Positions 10,954 to 19,319 of a stretch of 64,000 nucleotides of DNA are shown one piece after another. The position numbers and the translations under genes were made by a program. Position 1 is the first letter of the stretch; each line of letters opens with the position of its first letter. Source of the stretch: a bacterium (GTDB lineage: Bacteria; UBA8248); the NCBI GenBank assembly GCA_965207065.1, contig OZ242260.1, positions 4,192,001-4,256,000 on the forward strand, given 5' to 3'. The notes below the pieces were generated by a model. That model made no database searches. It saw nothing but the letters and a program-made list of their open reading frames with translations, and had not been told where the DNA came from.

Positions 10954-12084
10954 ATGCAGCCACCCTATGACGGTGAAAAACTCGACCGCCTCATGCAGGA
11001 CGCAGGAGTCGACCTCGTTCTGGCCAACTCGCGCGAGAACGTGCGCTATCTGTGCGGCGGCTATTACTTTCATTTTCACGAGAGGTTCACGTCCATGGGA
11101 CGCGGCCAGTACATGGCGCTGGCGGGCATCCCGCGCGGCGACGCCGGAAAATCGTTCCTGATCGGCGGTGGCGGGGAAATCGGCCAGGCGAAAGACCAGA
11201 ACCTCTGGCTCCCAGAACTCATCCCCTCGGGCAGATTCCCGGCGGAAGCCGCGGCGAACGCCGCGCAAGCCATCTCGGAGCGCGGGCTGGGGAGCGGGAC
11301 CATTGCCGTGGAGGGCAACTTCCTGCCCGCCCTCGCAAAGGATGCGCTCCTGAGCGAACTGCCGAACGCGACGTTCGTGGAGGCGCTGCCGATTCTGGAA
11401 GAGCTTCGCGCCATCAAGACGCCCGAGGAGATCGAACTCTACCGCCGCATCTCCCAGTCGGACGCCGAAGCCATCCGCGATGCGTTCGAGACGGCCGGGC
11501 CCGGCGCCACGACGCGCGACGTCGCCCACGCCGTTGAGCGGGGCATGACGGACAGGGGCCTCCACTTCCTGTGGGTCTTCGCCTGCGCGGGGCCGGGCAT
11601 GCTGCGCGCTCCGTCCGAAAAGGTATGGGAAAAGGGAGAGGTCCTGCACCTGGACGCGGGCGGCTCAAAATCCGACTACCTGACCGACATCTGCCGGATG
11701 GGGGTGCGGGGCGAGCCTACGCCTCTCGCGGATGAACTCTACAAGGCCTGTCTCGGGACGCAGGATTACGTGCGCGCCGAGATCCGCCCGGGCGCGGTGT
11801 GCGGCGACATCTACGAGAAGGGCACGGCGTATCTCCAGAACACCGAGCACGCCGAATACGGCAACTTCATCATCCACGGAATCGGCATGGTCTCGCACGA
11901 GCAGCCCCATTTCGGCCCCGGCGTGGAGAGAGCGCTCGAAGAGGGCATGGTGGTGTCGATAGAGACCGACATCCGCCATCCCGAGGTGGGCTACGTGAAG
12001 GTGGAAGACGCCGTGGCGGTGACGGCGGACGGATACGAGCCCCTGGGCGACCTGGGACGTGAGGACTGGGTGGTCGTCGACTGA
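10954..12084 (+). CDS. M24 (Xaa-Pro peptidase/creatinase-like) family protein, paralog 1
   Basis: Creatinase-N domain, LRAIKT.EE, ligands HLDAG..TDICR, HGIG..HE, SIE, KVED. Confidence 0.9.
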   Translation: MQPPYDGEKLDRLMQDAGVDLVLANSRENVRYLCGGYYFHFHERFTSMGRGQYMALAGIPRGDAGKSFLIGGGGEIGQAKDQNLWLPELIPSGRFPAEAAANAAQAISERGLGSGTIAVEGNFLPALAKDALLSELPNATFVEALPILEELRAIKTPEEIELYRRISQSDAEAIRDAFETAGPGATTRDVAHAVERGMTDRGLHFLWVFACAGPGMLRAPSEKVWEKGEVLHLDAGGSKSDYLTDICRMGVRGEPTPLADELYKACLGTQDYVRAEIRPGAVCGDIYEKGTAYLQNTEHAEYGNFIIHGIGMVSHEQPHFGPGVERALEEGMVVSIETDIRHPEVGYVKVEDAVAVTADGYEPLGDLGREDWVVVD

Positions 12085-13217
12085 TGAAGCCTCTGTACGA
12101 CGAGCAAAAACTCGCCCGCCTGATGGAAGAGGCGGGCGTCGACCTCATACTCGCGCACACGCCCCACAACATACGCTACCTGACGGGCGGCTACTACTTC
12201 CATTTCCGCGAGCGGGTGGCCGCCATCGGGCCGAGCCAGTACCTCCCCTTCGTGGGGATTCCAAGGGAAAATTCCGAAAACGCCTTTCAGGTCGCCTGGC
12301 GCGTCGAGGCGTCGCCCAGAAACGAAGTGGACACCTGGATACCCGACGTCATCTACACGAAGGCGCGGGGCACCGTCGGCGCGGCCGAGACGGCGGCCGA
12401 GGCGACACGGAAACGGGGACTGGAAGCGGGAACCATCGCCGTCGAGCGCGCCTTCCTGCCCGTGGACGCGATGGAAGCGCTTGGGCGCGAGCTACCCGGC
12501 GCAAGATTCGTCGATTCCCTCTCCATTATGGAAGAACTTCGGGCCGTGAAAAGAGCGGATGAACTGGAGATATTCCGGCGCGCGGCGCTTGCGGATTCAG
12601 AAGCCATACAGGCCGGATTCCAGGAGGGCGCGCGCGGCGTAACGACCCGGCGGATCGAGCGAAGGGTGGAAGAAGAAATGGTGCAGCGCGGTCTTCATTT
12701 CCACTACGCCTTCACGGCGGCGGGACCCGAGATGCGGCGCGAGCCTTCCGATAAATTCTGGGAGAGAGGAGAAATCCTCCACATCGACGCGGGCGGATCG
12801 GAGGCGGGCTATATGTCCGACATCTGTAGGATGGGGGTGCGGGGCGAACCCTCCGCTTTGGCCGAGGAGTTGAGACAAGCCTGTCTCCACGCGGTCGACG
12901 CCTGCCGGGACGCCATACGCGCCGGGGCGAGCTGCGCTTCGGCCCACGAGCGGGGACACCGGGCGTTCGCGGACACCGGCTTCGCCGACTCAGGGATTTT
13001 CGAGGTGCACGGCATCGGCATGGTGCAGCAGGAGTTGCCGCGCTTCGGCCCCGAGGTGGAGCGAACGCTGGAGGCGGGCATGGTGGTGTCGGTGGAGTGC
13101 GACATCCGCCACGAGGAAGTCGGCCACGTGAAGATTGAAGACGCCGTCGCCGTCACCGAAGACGGCTGCGAGGGCCTGGGGGACCTGGGCAGGGATTCCT
13201 GGGCCCGCATCGACTGA
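12084..13217 (+). CDS. M24 family protein, paralog 2 (tandem duplicate)
   Basis: TGATG overlap with paralog 1; colinear, similar sequence (GGYYFHF.ER, DICRMGVRGEP, EDAVAVT). Confidence 0.9.
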   Translation: MKPLYDEQKLARLMEEAGVDLILAHTPHNIRYLTGGYYFHFRERVAAIGPSQYLPFVGIPRENSENAFQVAWRVEASPRNEVDTWIPDVIYTKARGTVGAAETAAEATRKRGLEAGTIAVERAFLPVDAMEALGRELPGARFVDSLSIMEELRAVKRADELEIFRRAALADSEAIQAGFQEGARGVTTRRIERRVEEEMVQRGLHFHYAFTAAGPEMRREPSDKFWERGEILHIDAGGSEAGYMSDICRMGVRGEPSALAEELRQACLHAVDACRDAIRAGASCASAHERGHRAFADTGFADSGIFEVHGIGMVQQELPRFGPEVERTLEAGMVVSVECDIRHEEVGHVKIEDAVAVTEDGCEGLGDLGRDSWARID

Positions 13218-13253
13218 TAATTATCGACTCATAGAAACGGAGGAGAAATTCAC

Positions 13254-13838
13254 ATGCCGAGACCATCCGGGGGCTTCATGCGGCTTCAGCACGCCGCCGT
13301 TAAGGTGCACGACATCGAGGCGGCCAAGGATTTTTACGTGAACACGCTGGGCTTCACCATCACCGAGATATACGAGCCGGGCACGGTGGGCGATTTCCCC
13401 TTCGGACTTTGCTTCATGCGGTGCACGGAGCTTCACCACGACATGAACCTCATCTTCTGGCCCGAGGGCGAAGGCCCCGCCCCGCCCGAGGGGCGTTCTT
13501 TCGACACTCTCCAAACGGGTCTGCACCATATAGCGTTCGAGGTGGAAGACCGCACGCAGTTGGATAGCTGGGCGTCTTATCTGGAAGAGAAGGGAATCGA
13601 AATCTTCTGGGGACCCTCCATCCACAGCCCCACGCACCCGGAGGGGGACGGCTTCTGGGGCGAAAACCACGCGCTCTACATCGCCGACCCGTCTGGCAAC
13701 TGCATCGAGATATTCTGCGACATGGCCGTTATGGACCCTTATACGAACCGGGTGAACGAGGACTGGTTCCGGGACCGTCTCTCCCGAGACGGACACCCGC
13801 GCAACGCGGCGGCTCCGCCCGAAGCCTGGAAGGCGTGA
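13254..13838 (+). CDS. VOC family protein, extradiol-dioxygenase-like single domain
   Basis: LQHAAV, HHD, LHHIAFEV, GP.IH, LY.ADPSGN.IE; RBS GGAG. Confidence 0.85.
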   Translation: MPRPSGGFMRLQHAAVKVHDIEAAKDFYVNTLGFTITEIYEPGTVGDFPFGLCFMRCTELHHDMNLIFWPEGEGPAPPEGRSFDTLQTGLHHIAFEVEDRTQLDSWASYLEEKGIEIFWGPSIHSPTHPEGDGFWGENHALYIADPSGNCIEIFCDMAVMDPYTNRVNEDWFRDRLSRDGHPRNAAAPPEAWKA

Positions 13839-13857
13839 GAGAGGGGGGAGTCTCTCT

Positions 13858-14443
13858 GTAGGGACTGCCCTCCGCGCCTTACCACCACGGATCCGGGCGG
13901 ACACGCCGGTCGCTCCTACGAACTCATTCTTCCATCCGTCAAGCGACGCAAAATATATGAGGTGGTTAAAAAGCCCCCCTGACAGGGTAAAGGCAACCTC
14001 TTTGAATGGGAAACCCCATAAAACCAACCCCCCCTACCCCCCCTTAACAGGGGGGTATAAAAAGGCGATGTCCCCCAGCCGGGATGCGTCCCCGCCGGGT
14101 AGAGGGGGCTTTGCTTTTTCTTGCCCCCCTGACAAGGGGGGGTAGGGGGGGGTGCTTCTGACGAGGAGAGTTGGGGGTTCGTGCGGAAGCGGCCTTCCCG
14201 CTAGAGGCGATGTCCCCCGATAAGGACTATTTTAACGGACCCGACAAGGGGGGGTGGGGGGTTCGGAGGGAATTATGCTTCACTCGCCCCGCTCGCCCTC
14301 CCCCGGCTTGAAAAGCAACCCCCCTGTATCCCCCCTTGTCAGGGGGGTAGAGGCGACGCCTCCCGACAAGGGAAGTAAAGTTTCATCCCTCCCTGGTCGG
14401 CTTCATACTTGGAATCACGAAATCGGGGGTTTTCAACAGCGCC
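13858..14443. repeat. Composite repeat copy 3: REP pair, degenerate left end, several module C hairpins, right end
   Basis: GTAGGGAC..CTCCTAC 13858-13919; CCCCCTACCCCCCTT..CAGGGGG and its complement; subterminal GAATCACGAAATC then GTTTTCAACAGCGCC. Confidence 0.85.
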
Positions 14444-14658
14444 ACGTACGTCCCCTGCTCTTATGAACCGGCGGCGAGAAACTCATTGCTCTGCTTCGCC
14501 GGCCACTATGAACGCAGGGTGGCGAGGCCATCCGCCTCGCCGATCCGCCGCCGGGCGGTGCGGTTGCCTCCCGCGCTTTCTTGGCTATAGGATGCCCGCA
14601 CCAGACATAAACCGCGCGCCGCTCCATCCGGCCGGCGCAACCTAATCGGAGACAAGAC

Positions 14659-15585
14659 ATGAAAGAAGGCATGAGGCCCGGAGACCGCCTGCCCTATTCG
14701 GCCATCGTCGATCGCAAACCCCTCAAACTTCCCGAAGGCGCGCGCCTGGTGCTCTGGCCCGTCCTGGCGCTGGAAGTGTGGGACATCGTCCGGCCGATGG
14801 CGCGCATGGTGATACCCCCGCCCCAGGGGGTGCCGATGCTCCCCGATCATCCCAACTGGAGCTGGCACGAGTACGGCATGCGGGTCGGCGTGTGGCGCAT
14901 CAAACGCATGCTCGACGATCTGGGCGTGCGCCCGACGGTGACGCTGAACGCCCGCACCTGCCTGGAATACCCGCGCGTCTCCGAGGCCTGCCTGGAAGCG
15001 GGCTGGGAATTCAACGCCCATTCCTACGAGCAGGTGCCGATGCACAAGCTCGACGACGAGCGCGAGACGATTGAGCGGTGCATGGGCATCATCACGGAAT
15101 TCTGCGGCAAAAGGCCGCGCGGCTGGTTCGGACCGGGGCTGACCCAGACCTACCGGACACTGGATTTCCTCGCCGAGGCGGGTGTTGAATACATCGGCGA
15201 CTGGGTGCTCGACGACCAGCCGGTGCACGTGAAGACGACGGTCGGCAAATCGGTGGTGGCGCTGCCCTACAACTACGAACTCCACGACATCGTGAGCATG
15301 GCGATCCAGTACCACGAGTCCCGGGTCTTCCGCGACCGGGCGATTGACTACTTCGAGACCGTCTATGCCGAAAGCCACGAATCCACCAAGGTGATGTCCA
15401 TCGCCATGCATCCTTACCTCTCGGGTTCGCCGCACCGGATCAAATACGTGCGCGAGACCTTCGAGCATATCCTCTCGAAACCGGGGGTGGTGTGCTGGGA
15501 CGGCGAGCAAATACTCGACTGGTTCCTGAAGGAGCGCCCGGCGCCGAAGCCCCGAAAACGCCGTGCGAAAAGGAAAAAGGCCTGA
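14659..15585 (+). CDS. Polysaccharide deacetylase family protein (PuuE allantoinase-like)
   Basis: NWSWHEYGMRVG.WR, EFNAH, RPRGW.GP, HPYLSG.PHR. Confidence 0.85.
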   Translation: MKEGMRPGDRLPYSAIVDRKPLKLPEGARLVLWPVLALEVWDIVRPMARMVIPPPQGVPMLPDHPNWSWHEYGMRVGVWRIKRMLDDLGVRPTVTLNARTCLEYPRVSEACLEAGWEFNAHSYEQVPMHKLDDERETIERCMGIITEFCGKRPRGWFGPGLTQTYRTLDFLAEAGVEYIGDWVLDDQPVHVKTTVGKSVVALPYNYELHDIVSMAIQYHESRVFRDRAIDYFETVYAESHESTKVMSIAMHPYLSGSPHRIKYVRETFEHILSKPGVVCWDGEQILDWFLKERPAPKPRKRRAKRKKA

Positions 15586-15616
15586 TACGGAATGACGACA
15601 TAAACCGCATTCACTT

Positions 15617-15762
15617 GTAGGGGCGGCCCCCCGTGGCCGCCCGAATCGGATATGTCCATCCCCGTGGCAGCGCTTCGAAGGGACAGGCGCGGAGGCATCG
15701 AACTGGTCACAGCCTCGGACAGGCACAGGGGCCTCGGACAGGCGCAGGGGCCTGTCCGCTAC
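15617..15762. repeat. GTAG-type REP cluster
   Basis: GTAGGGGCGGCCCCCCGTGGCCGCCC plus tandem CGGACAGGCRCAGGGGCCT ending GTCCGCTAC, between convergent genes. Confidence 0.85.
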
Positions 15763-15854
15763 GGTCTCAAGGGCAATGGTTCGGCGCGACTCACAAGACG
15801 ACATCGAAGAAGGTTTGCAACCCGGCATACGCTGCGGGGTGGAGCCGACAGCTT

Positions 15855-16295
15855 CTAGCGCTGGTATTTGATGAACGGGGTGAGATTCGCCACGCGGTCA
15901 TAGAGCACGCGGGCCGTCTCGTTGAAATCCTGCGTGAGCCAGTAGACCGACGGCGCCCCCCTCTCATCGGCCGCCCCGTAGACCGCTTCGATCAGGGCGC
16001 GGCCCATGCCCGTGCCACGAAAGGCGGGATCTGTGTAGAGATCCTGGAGATAGCAGACGTCTTCAATCCGCCAGTTGTGGGGGTGAAATATGTAGTGAAC
16101 CAGCCCCGCCGCCTGCCCGTTGGTGAGCGCGATGAGTCCGTTCTGCTCGGGTCGGGCCGGATCCAGAAGACGGGCGAAGGTGGACCGGTAGACCTCTTCG
16201 GATACGCTGGACTCGTAGAATTCCAGATAGGCGGTCCACAGGCGCCGCCAATCGGATTCGTCTTCGGCGATCAAGGGTCGAATGGTCAGTGACAT
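15855..16295 (-). CDS. GNAT family N-acetyltransferase
   Basis: W..LW.AYL.FY, CYLQDLY, RGTGMGRALI acetyl-CoA motif, YWLT..N.TAR.LY; start moved to MSLTIRP. Confidence 0.92.
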   Translation of the reverse strand: MSLTIRPLIAEDESDWRRLWTAYLEFYESSVSEEVYRSTFARLLDPARPEQNGLIALTNGQAAGLVHYIFHPHNWRIEDVCYLQDLYTDPAFRGTGMGRALIEAVYGAADERGAPSVYWLTQDFNETARVLYDRVANLTPFIKYQR

Positions 16296-16610
16296 GAAAA
16301 CCTCTCGTTCTGGTTCCGGATAGATAACGGCAGGGAATTGTACGTCCGGGGCGCTGCCAGTCAAGCCGATTCTTGAAGGATCGTCCGCTCCGGGGCGTGC
16401 GCGTCCAAGCGTAACGAGTTCGGCGATTCGGGAGCGGCCGCCGCCGGCAAGGCGCATCTCCCCCGCAATTGCCGTCCGCGCGGATTCGGGGGATTCCGGT
16501 AAAATTCCGGAGCCGAGCGCTTCGCTCAAGGATATGGAACCCTCCCTCCCCGGTCGGGTCAAACGCTCGCTCATCGCTCGCGTTTAATTTCCGAAAAATT
16601 CGATAAATTC

Positions 16611-16640
16611 AGATAAATTCACGGGGTTTTTCGATAAATT
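16611..16640 (+). repeat. Left copy of perfect 30-bp inverted repeat, within phased ATAAATT units (about 16585-16660)
   Basis: AGATAAATTCACGGGGTTTTTCGATAAATT is the exact reverse complement of 30742-30771. Confidence 0.9.
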
Positions 16641-16915
16641 TCCATAAATTTTCGAGGGGAAATGCGGGGATTTGCGGGGCCCGAATGCGCGCGCGATAAC
16701 CAGTTCCGACGGCCGTATTCCGCCGCCGTATCGCAGCGCAGGGGAATTCTGCCACGGCCCGCGCTCCACGCGATGACGGCAAATGCGGGGAGTTGCGGGG
16801 GTGAAATTCCTCCGGGCGCACTTCGCACAGGCGCAAGGACCTGATGGAACGGGGGTTTCCCAGGAGAGACGGGCATCGTACATCGCTTCAGCTATGAGAC
16901 ATAACCAATTGATAT

Positions 16916-17812
16916 TTAATTTGTTATTCCCGAAGACGGGACGTTGATGGAGCTCAGCAGCGCGTGCACCGCTCCGTTCAGCGGCGTGGGAATGCCGTGC
17001 CTGGCGCCGATGCGAACGACCGCCCCCGTCATGACGTCCGCCTCGACCCGGCGGCCTGCGCGCCTGTCGACGAGCATGGAGGTGGTCGCCTCGGGGTCGG
17101 CGTCTCGTAAGCGCTCGATGGTTCGCTCGGCGACGTCATCCGCCAGCTTCGCGCCTTCCGCTCTCCCCACGGCGGCGCATTCGCGCACGAGTCCGCGGCA
17201 GAGTTCGGCGACAGCCGGCTCAAGCAGCACCCCCCTGCCCTTGTCCGTCAGCGCTGTGGCGGGGCCTGCGCCCACGTTGTTGCACAATTTCGCCCAGGAG
17301 GCGGTCGTGAAATCGGAAGTCGGCTTCACCGGAACATCCGTATCCTCATAAAGAGACGCAAGAAATCGCGCGCCCGGACCGTCTTCGGGAACGAGCTGGG
17401 CGCCTCCCTGCTGCGCCACATGGCCGGGAGCCAGCCTGTCCGCCGGACAATTCACCACGACCGGAACGACCTCCGCCCCCCTGGCGTACGGCTCCACTCG
17501 TTCTCTGTGCTCCACGCCATTCTGCAAAACGGTGATGATGGTATCCTCACCTACGAGAACTTCCAGCCAATCTGTAACATCTTGTATCTGGTGCCCTTTC
17601 ACCGCCAGGAGAACACAATCGACCGACCCTGCCTCCGAGGGAGAGGTGACGCACTTCACCGGCGATTCGATGACGGAGTCGGGCGTTTCCACAATCAGCT
17701 TGTCGATGGGTTGTCGCACACAGAACATCACGTCGTGCCTGCCTGACCGGCATAACCGAACCCCGAACACGCCCCCGATGGCGCCGACCCCCAACACGGC
17801 TACATTGCTCAT
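16916..17812 (-). CDS. panE: 2-dehydropantoate 2-reductase (PanE/ApbA family)
   Basis: GVGAIG, LAVK, LQNG, WAKL..N, TSML.D..AGR..E. Confidence 0.8.
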   Translation of the reverse strand: MSNVAVLGVGAIGGVFGVRLCRSGRHDVMFCVRQPIDKLIVETPDSVIESPVKCVTSPSEAGSVDCVLLAVKGHQIQDVTDWLEVLVGEDTIITVLQNGVEHRERVEPYARGAEVVPVVVNCPADRLAPGHVAQQGGAQLVPEDGPGARFLASLYEDTDVPVKPTSDFTTASWAKLCNNVGAGPATALTDKGRGVLLEPAVAELCRGLVRECAAVGRAEGAKLADDVAERTIERLRDADPEATTSMLVDRRAGRRVEADVMTGAVVRIGARHGIPTPLNGAVHALLSSINVPSSGITN

Positions 17813-17831
17813 CAACAAAGCTCCCAGAAAT

Positions 17832-18797
17832 TCATACCGGTACCGGGCGGCCCTTCCATGACGCTACGGATTCCAAGACGCACACAACGCCGGCCAGAGA
17901 ATCCCAGCCCGAGGTGTGTCCTATCTTATTCAGCGCGCGCAAAACGGAACGCAAACGCGCCTCATCCGCCACCCCCATCGCCGAAATCGTTTCATGCAGG
18001 GCCTGCGCTCCCTGTCCTCTGGCCGCGCACTCCATATGCGCGCAACTGATTCTATTCGTCCGATCCTTGGCCTGACTCAATACGGCGCCCGCAATTTTTC
18101 TCGATATTTCAAAATGCCCCAGCGCGTGCAACGCTATCATCACACCACACCAAAAATCATCTCCCGATGGTGTGAGTCCCGGACCTAGACCAACCAGCTG
18201 GAGAGCGTTGGCAGGGAAATCAAGGTTTCCCCCCTGATTCAGAGAGTGTGACAGCCAATTCCGGAAATCCGTGATTCCCTTCCAGGAAATTGTTTGAAAT
18301 GCGTCCTCATTTGAGTTTTCCTCGCCACTCACAATGTGCTCAATGAGCGGGGCCAATCCCTCCCGAGGACCCGTTTCGGCTATATATTCAATGAGAAACG
18401 GGAGGTTTTGCTGAAAAACCTTCAAATCCCAGCCAATCGGGAGTGGCTCAGGCTCCCAATCCATCGGACTGGATATATCGATTTTCATCCGGGGGCCGAG
18501 TTGTATCCAAGCATCTCGAATCTCGGCAAGGCTCCCCGGTTCCACGATTCGCGTGAAATCCACGTCGTCCGAGAATTCGCAAAGCGCATTCAAGGGTCCC
18601 GGCCCGATACCCTGTTCTCCGATGCATGCGATCCGGCCAGATGAATTTTCCAGATACATACATCTGCGAAACACACCGATGACCTTTGCTTCATCCGGTG
18701 CGTCAAGGAACTCTCTGGCGAATACGCCCACAAGATTGATTTTGGAGATAAAATGCATATATCTGACCCGCATTATGAAATGACCAATTGACTTCAC
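17832..18797 (-). CDS. DUF2877 (YlbF/AllH-like) family protein
   Basis: GLGPGLTPSGDDF..G and IGHTSG.D signatures; start codon uncertain. Confidence 0.8.
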   Translation of the reverse strand: MKSIGHFIMRVRYMHFISKINLVGVFAREFLDAPDEAKVIGVFRRCMYLENSSGRIACIGEQGIGPGPLNALCEFSDDVDFTRIVEPGSLAEIRDAWIQLGPRMKIDISSPMDWEPEPLPIGWDLKVFQQNLPFLIEYIAETGPREGLAPLIEHIVSGEENSNEDAFQTISWKGITDFRNWLSHSLNQGGNLDFPANALQLVGLGPGLTPSGDDFWCGVMIALHALGHFEISRKIAGAVLSQAKDRTNRISCAHMECAARGQGAQALHETISAMGVADEARLRSVLRALNKIGHTSGWDSLAGVVCVLESVASWKGRPVPV

Positions 18798-18850
18798 AAA
18801 GAAATCCCCTCACCCACGAATGGACGAGGGGATATTCACATGCGCAATGC

Positions 18851-19186
18851 CTATCCGCAGCCAGGACCTCTGATCTCACTCGCCGCAACACCAGATGGAA
18901 CGAGCGTTTCGGCATAATTCGGGTCCGCTTCTTGTTTTTCGATATGTTCAGCTAGTTGTGAGAGCAGCATCTCGCGTTTCATCAACCCCAGGCGATATAT
19001 GCCCATCGGGTTAATGAGCTTCATATAGTAATGGTTTCCAGCGTCATGCTCCGTAGAACAGGCGGAAGGTTTTTGGGCGATGGAAAGTGGCCCCTCAAAT
19101 ACAACTGCAAATCGGGACAGAATTTCCTCTTTATGTAGATCCTCGGGAATCTCGGGGAATCTGACAACGAGTTCCTGGATGGTCAT
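18851..19186 (-). CDS. Hypothetical protein (111 aa)
   Basis: Strong AAGGAG RBS and natural protein composition; no family recognised. Confidence 0.7.
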   Translation of the reverse strand: MTIQELVVRFPEIPEDLHKEEILSRFAVVFEGPLSIAQKPSACSTEHDAGNHYYMKLINPMGIYRLGLMKREMLLSQLAEHIEKQEADPNYAETLVPSGVAASEIRGPGCG

Positions 19187-19319
19187 CGTTACTACTCCTT
19201 CATCAGTTGATCATTCAAATGGAACAACCCACTCAGTTTAACAGATGTCGAGCAGTATGACTCGCCATATCCTCTTCTTGCGACACAAGAACGAACCAAC
19301 CTCAAGATGACCGCAAGGA

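Noticed and set aside
13858..14443. Possible CRISPR array
   Set aside because: Repeats are inverted, nested and irregularly spaced; no spacer pattern and no cas genes
13957..14466. Short ORFs containing NPPYPPLxGG (similar peptides at 10.7, 33.1 and 59.4 kb)
   Set aside because: These are translations of repeat module C, not genes
16296..16574. N-terminal extensions in the ORF track (GNAT, OYE, amidohydrolase, VOC at 48462)
   Set aside because: Family homology and RBS positions point to downstream starts
16480..16830. FMN- or cobalamin-riboswitch-like fragments (CCGGTAAAATTCCGGAGCCGA; GGGGTGAAATTCC)
   Set aside because: The fragments are in the wrong order, other conserved blocks are missing and no relevant gene lies downstream; an Rfam scan would settle it
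16890..16925. Possible dif site (also considered near 5360 and 19235)
   Set aside because: Poor match to the XerC/XerD arms and spacing
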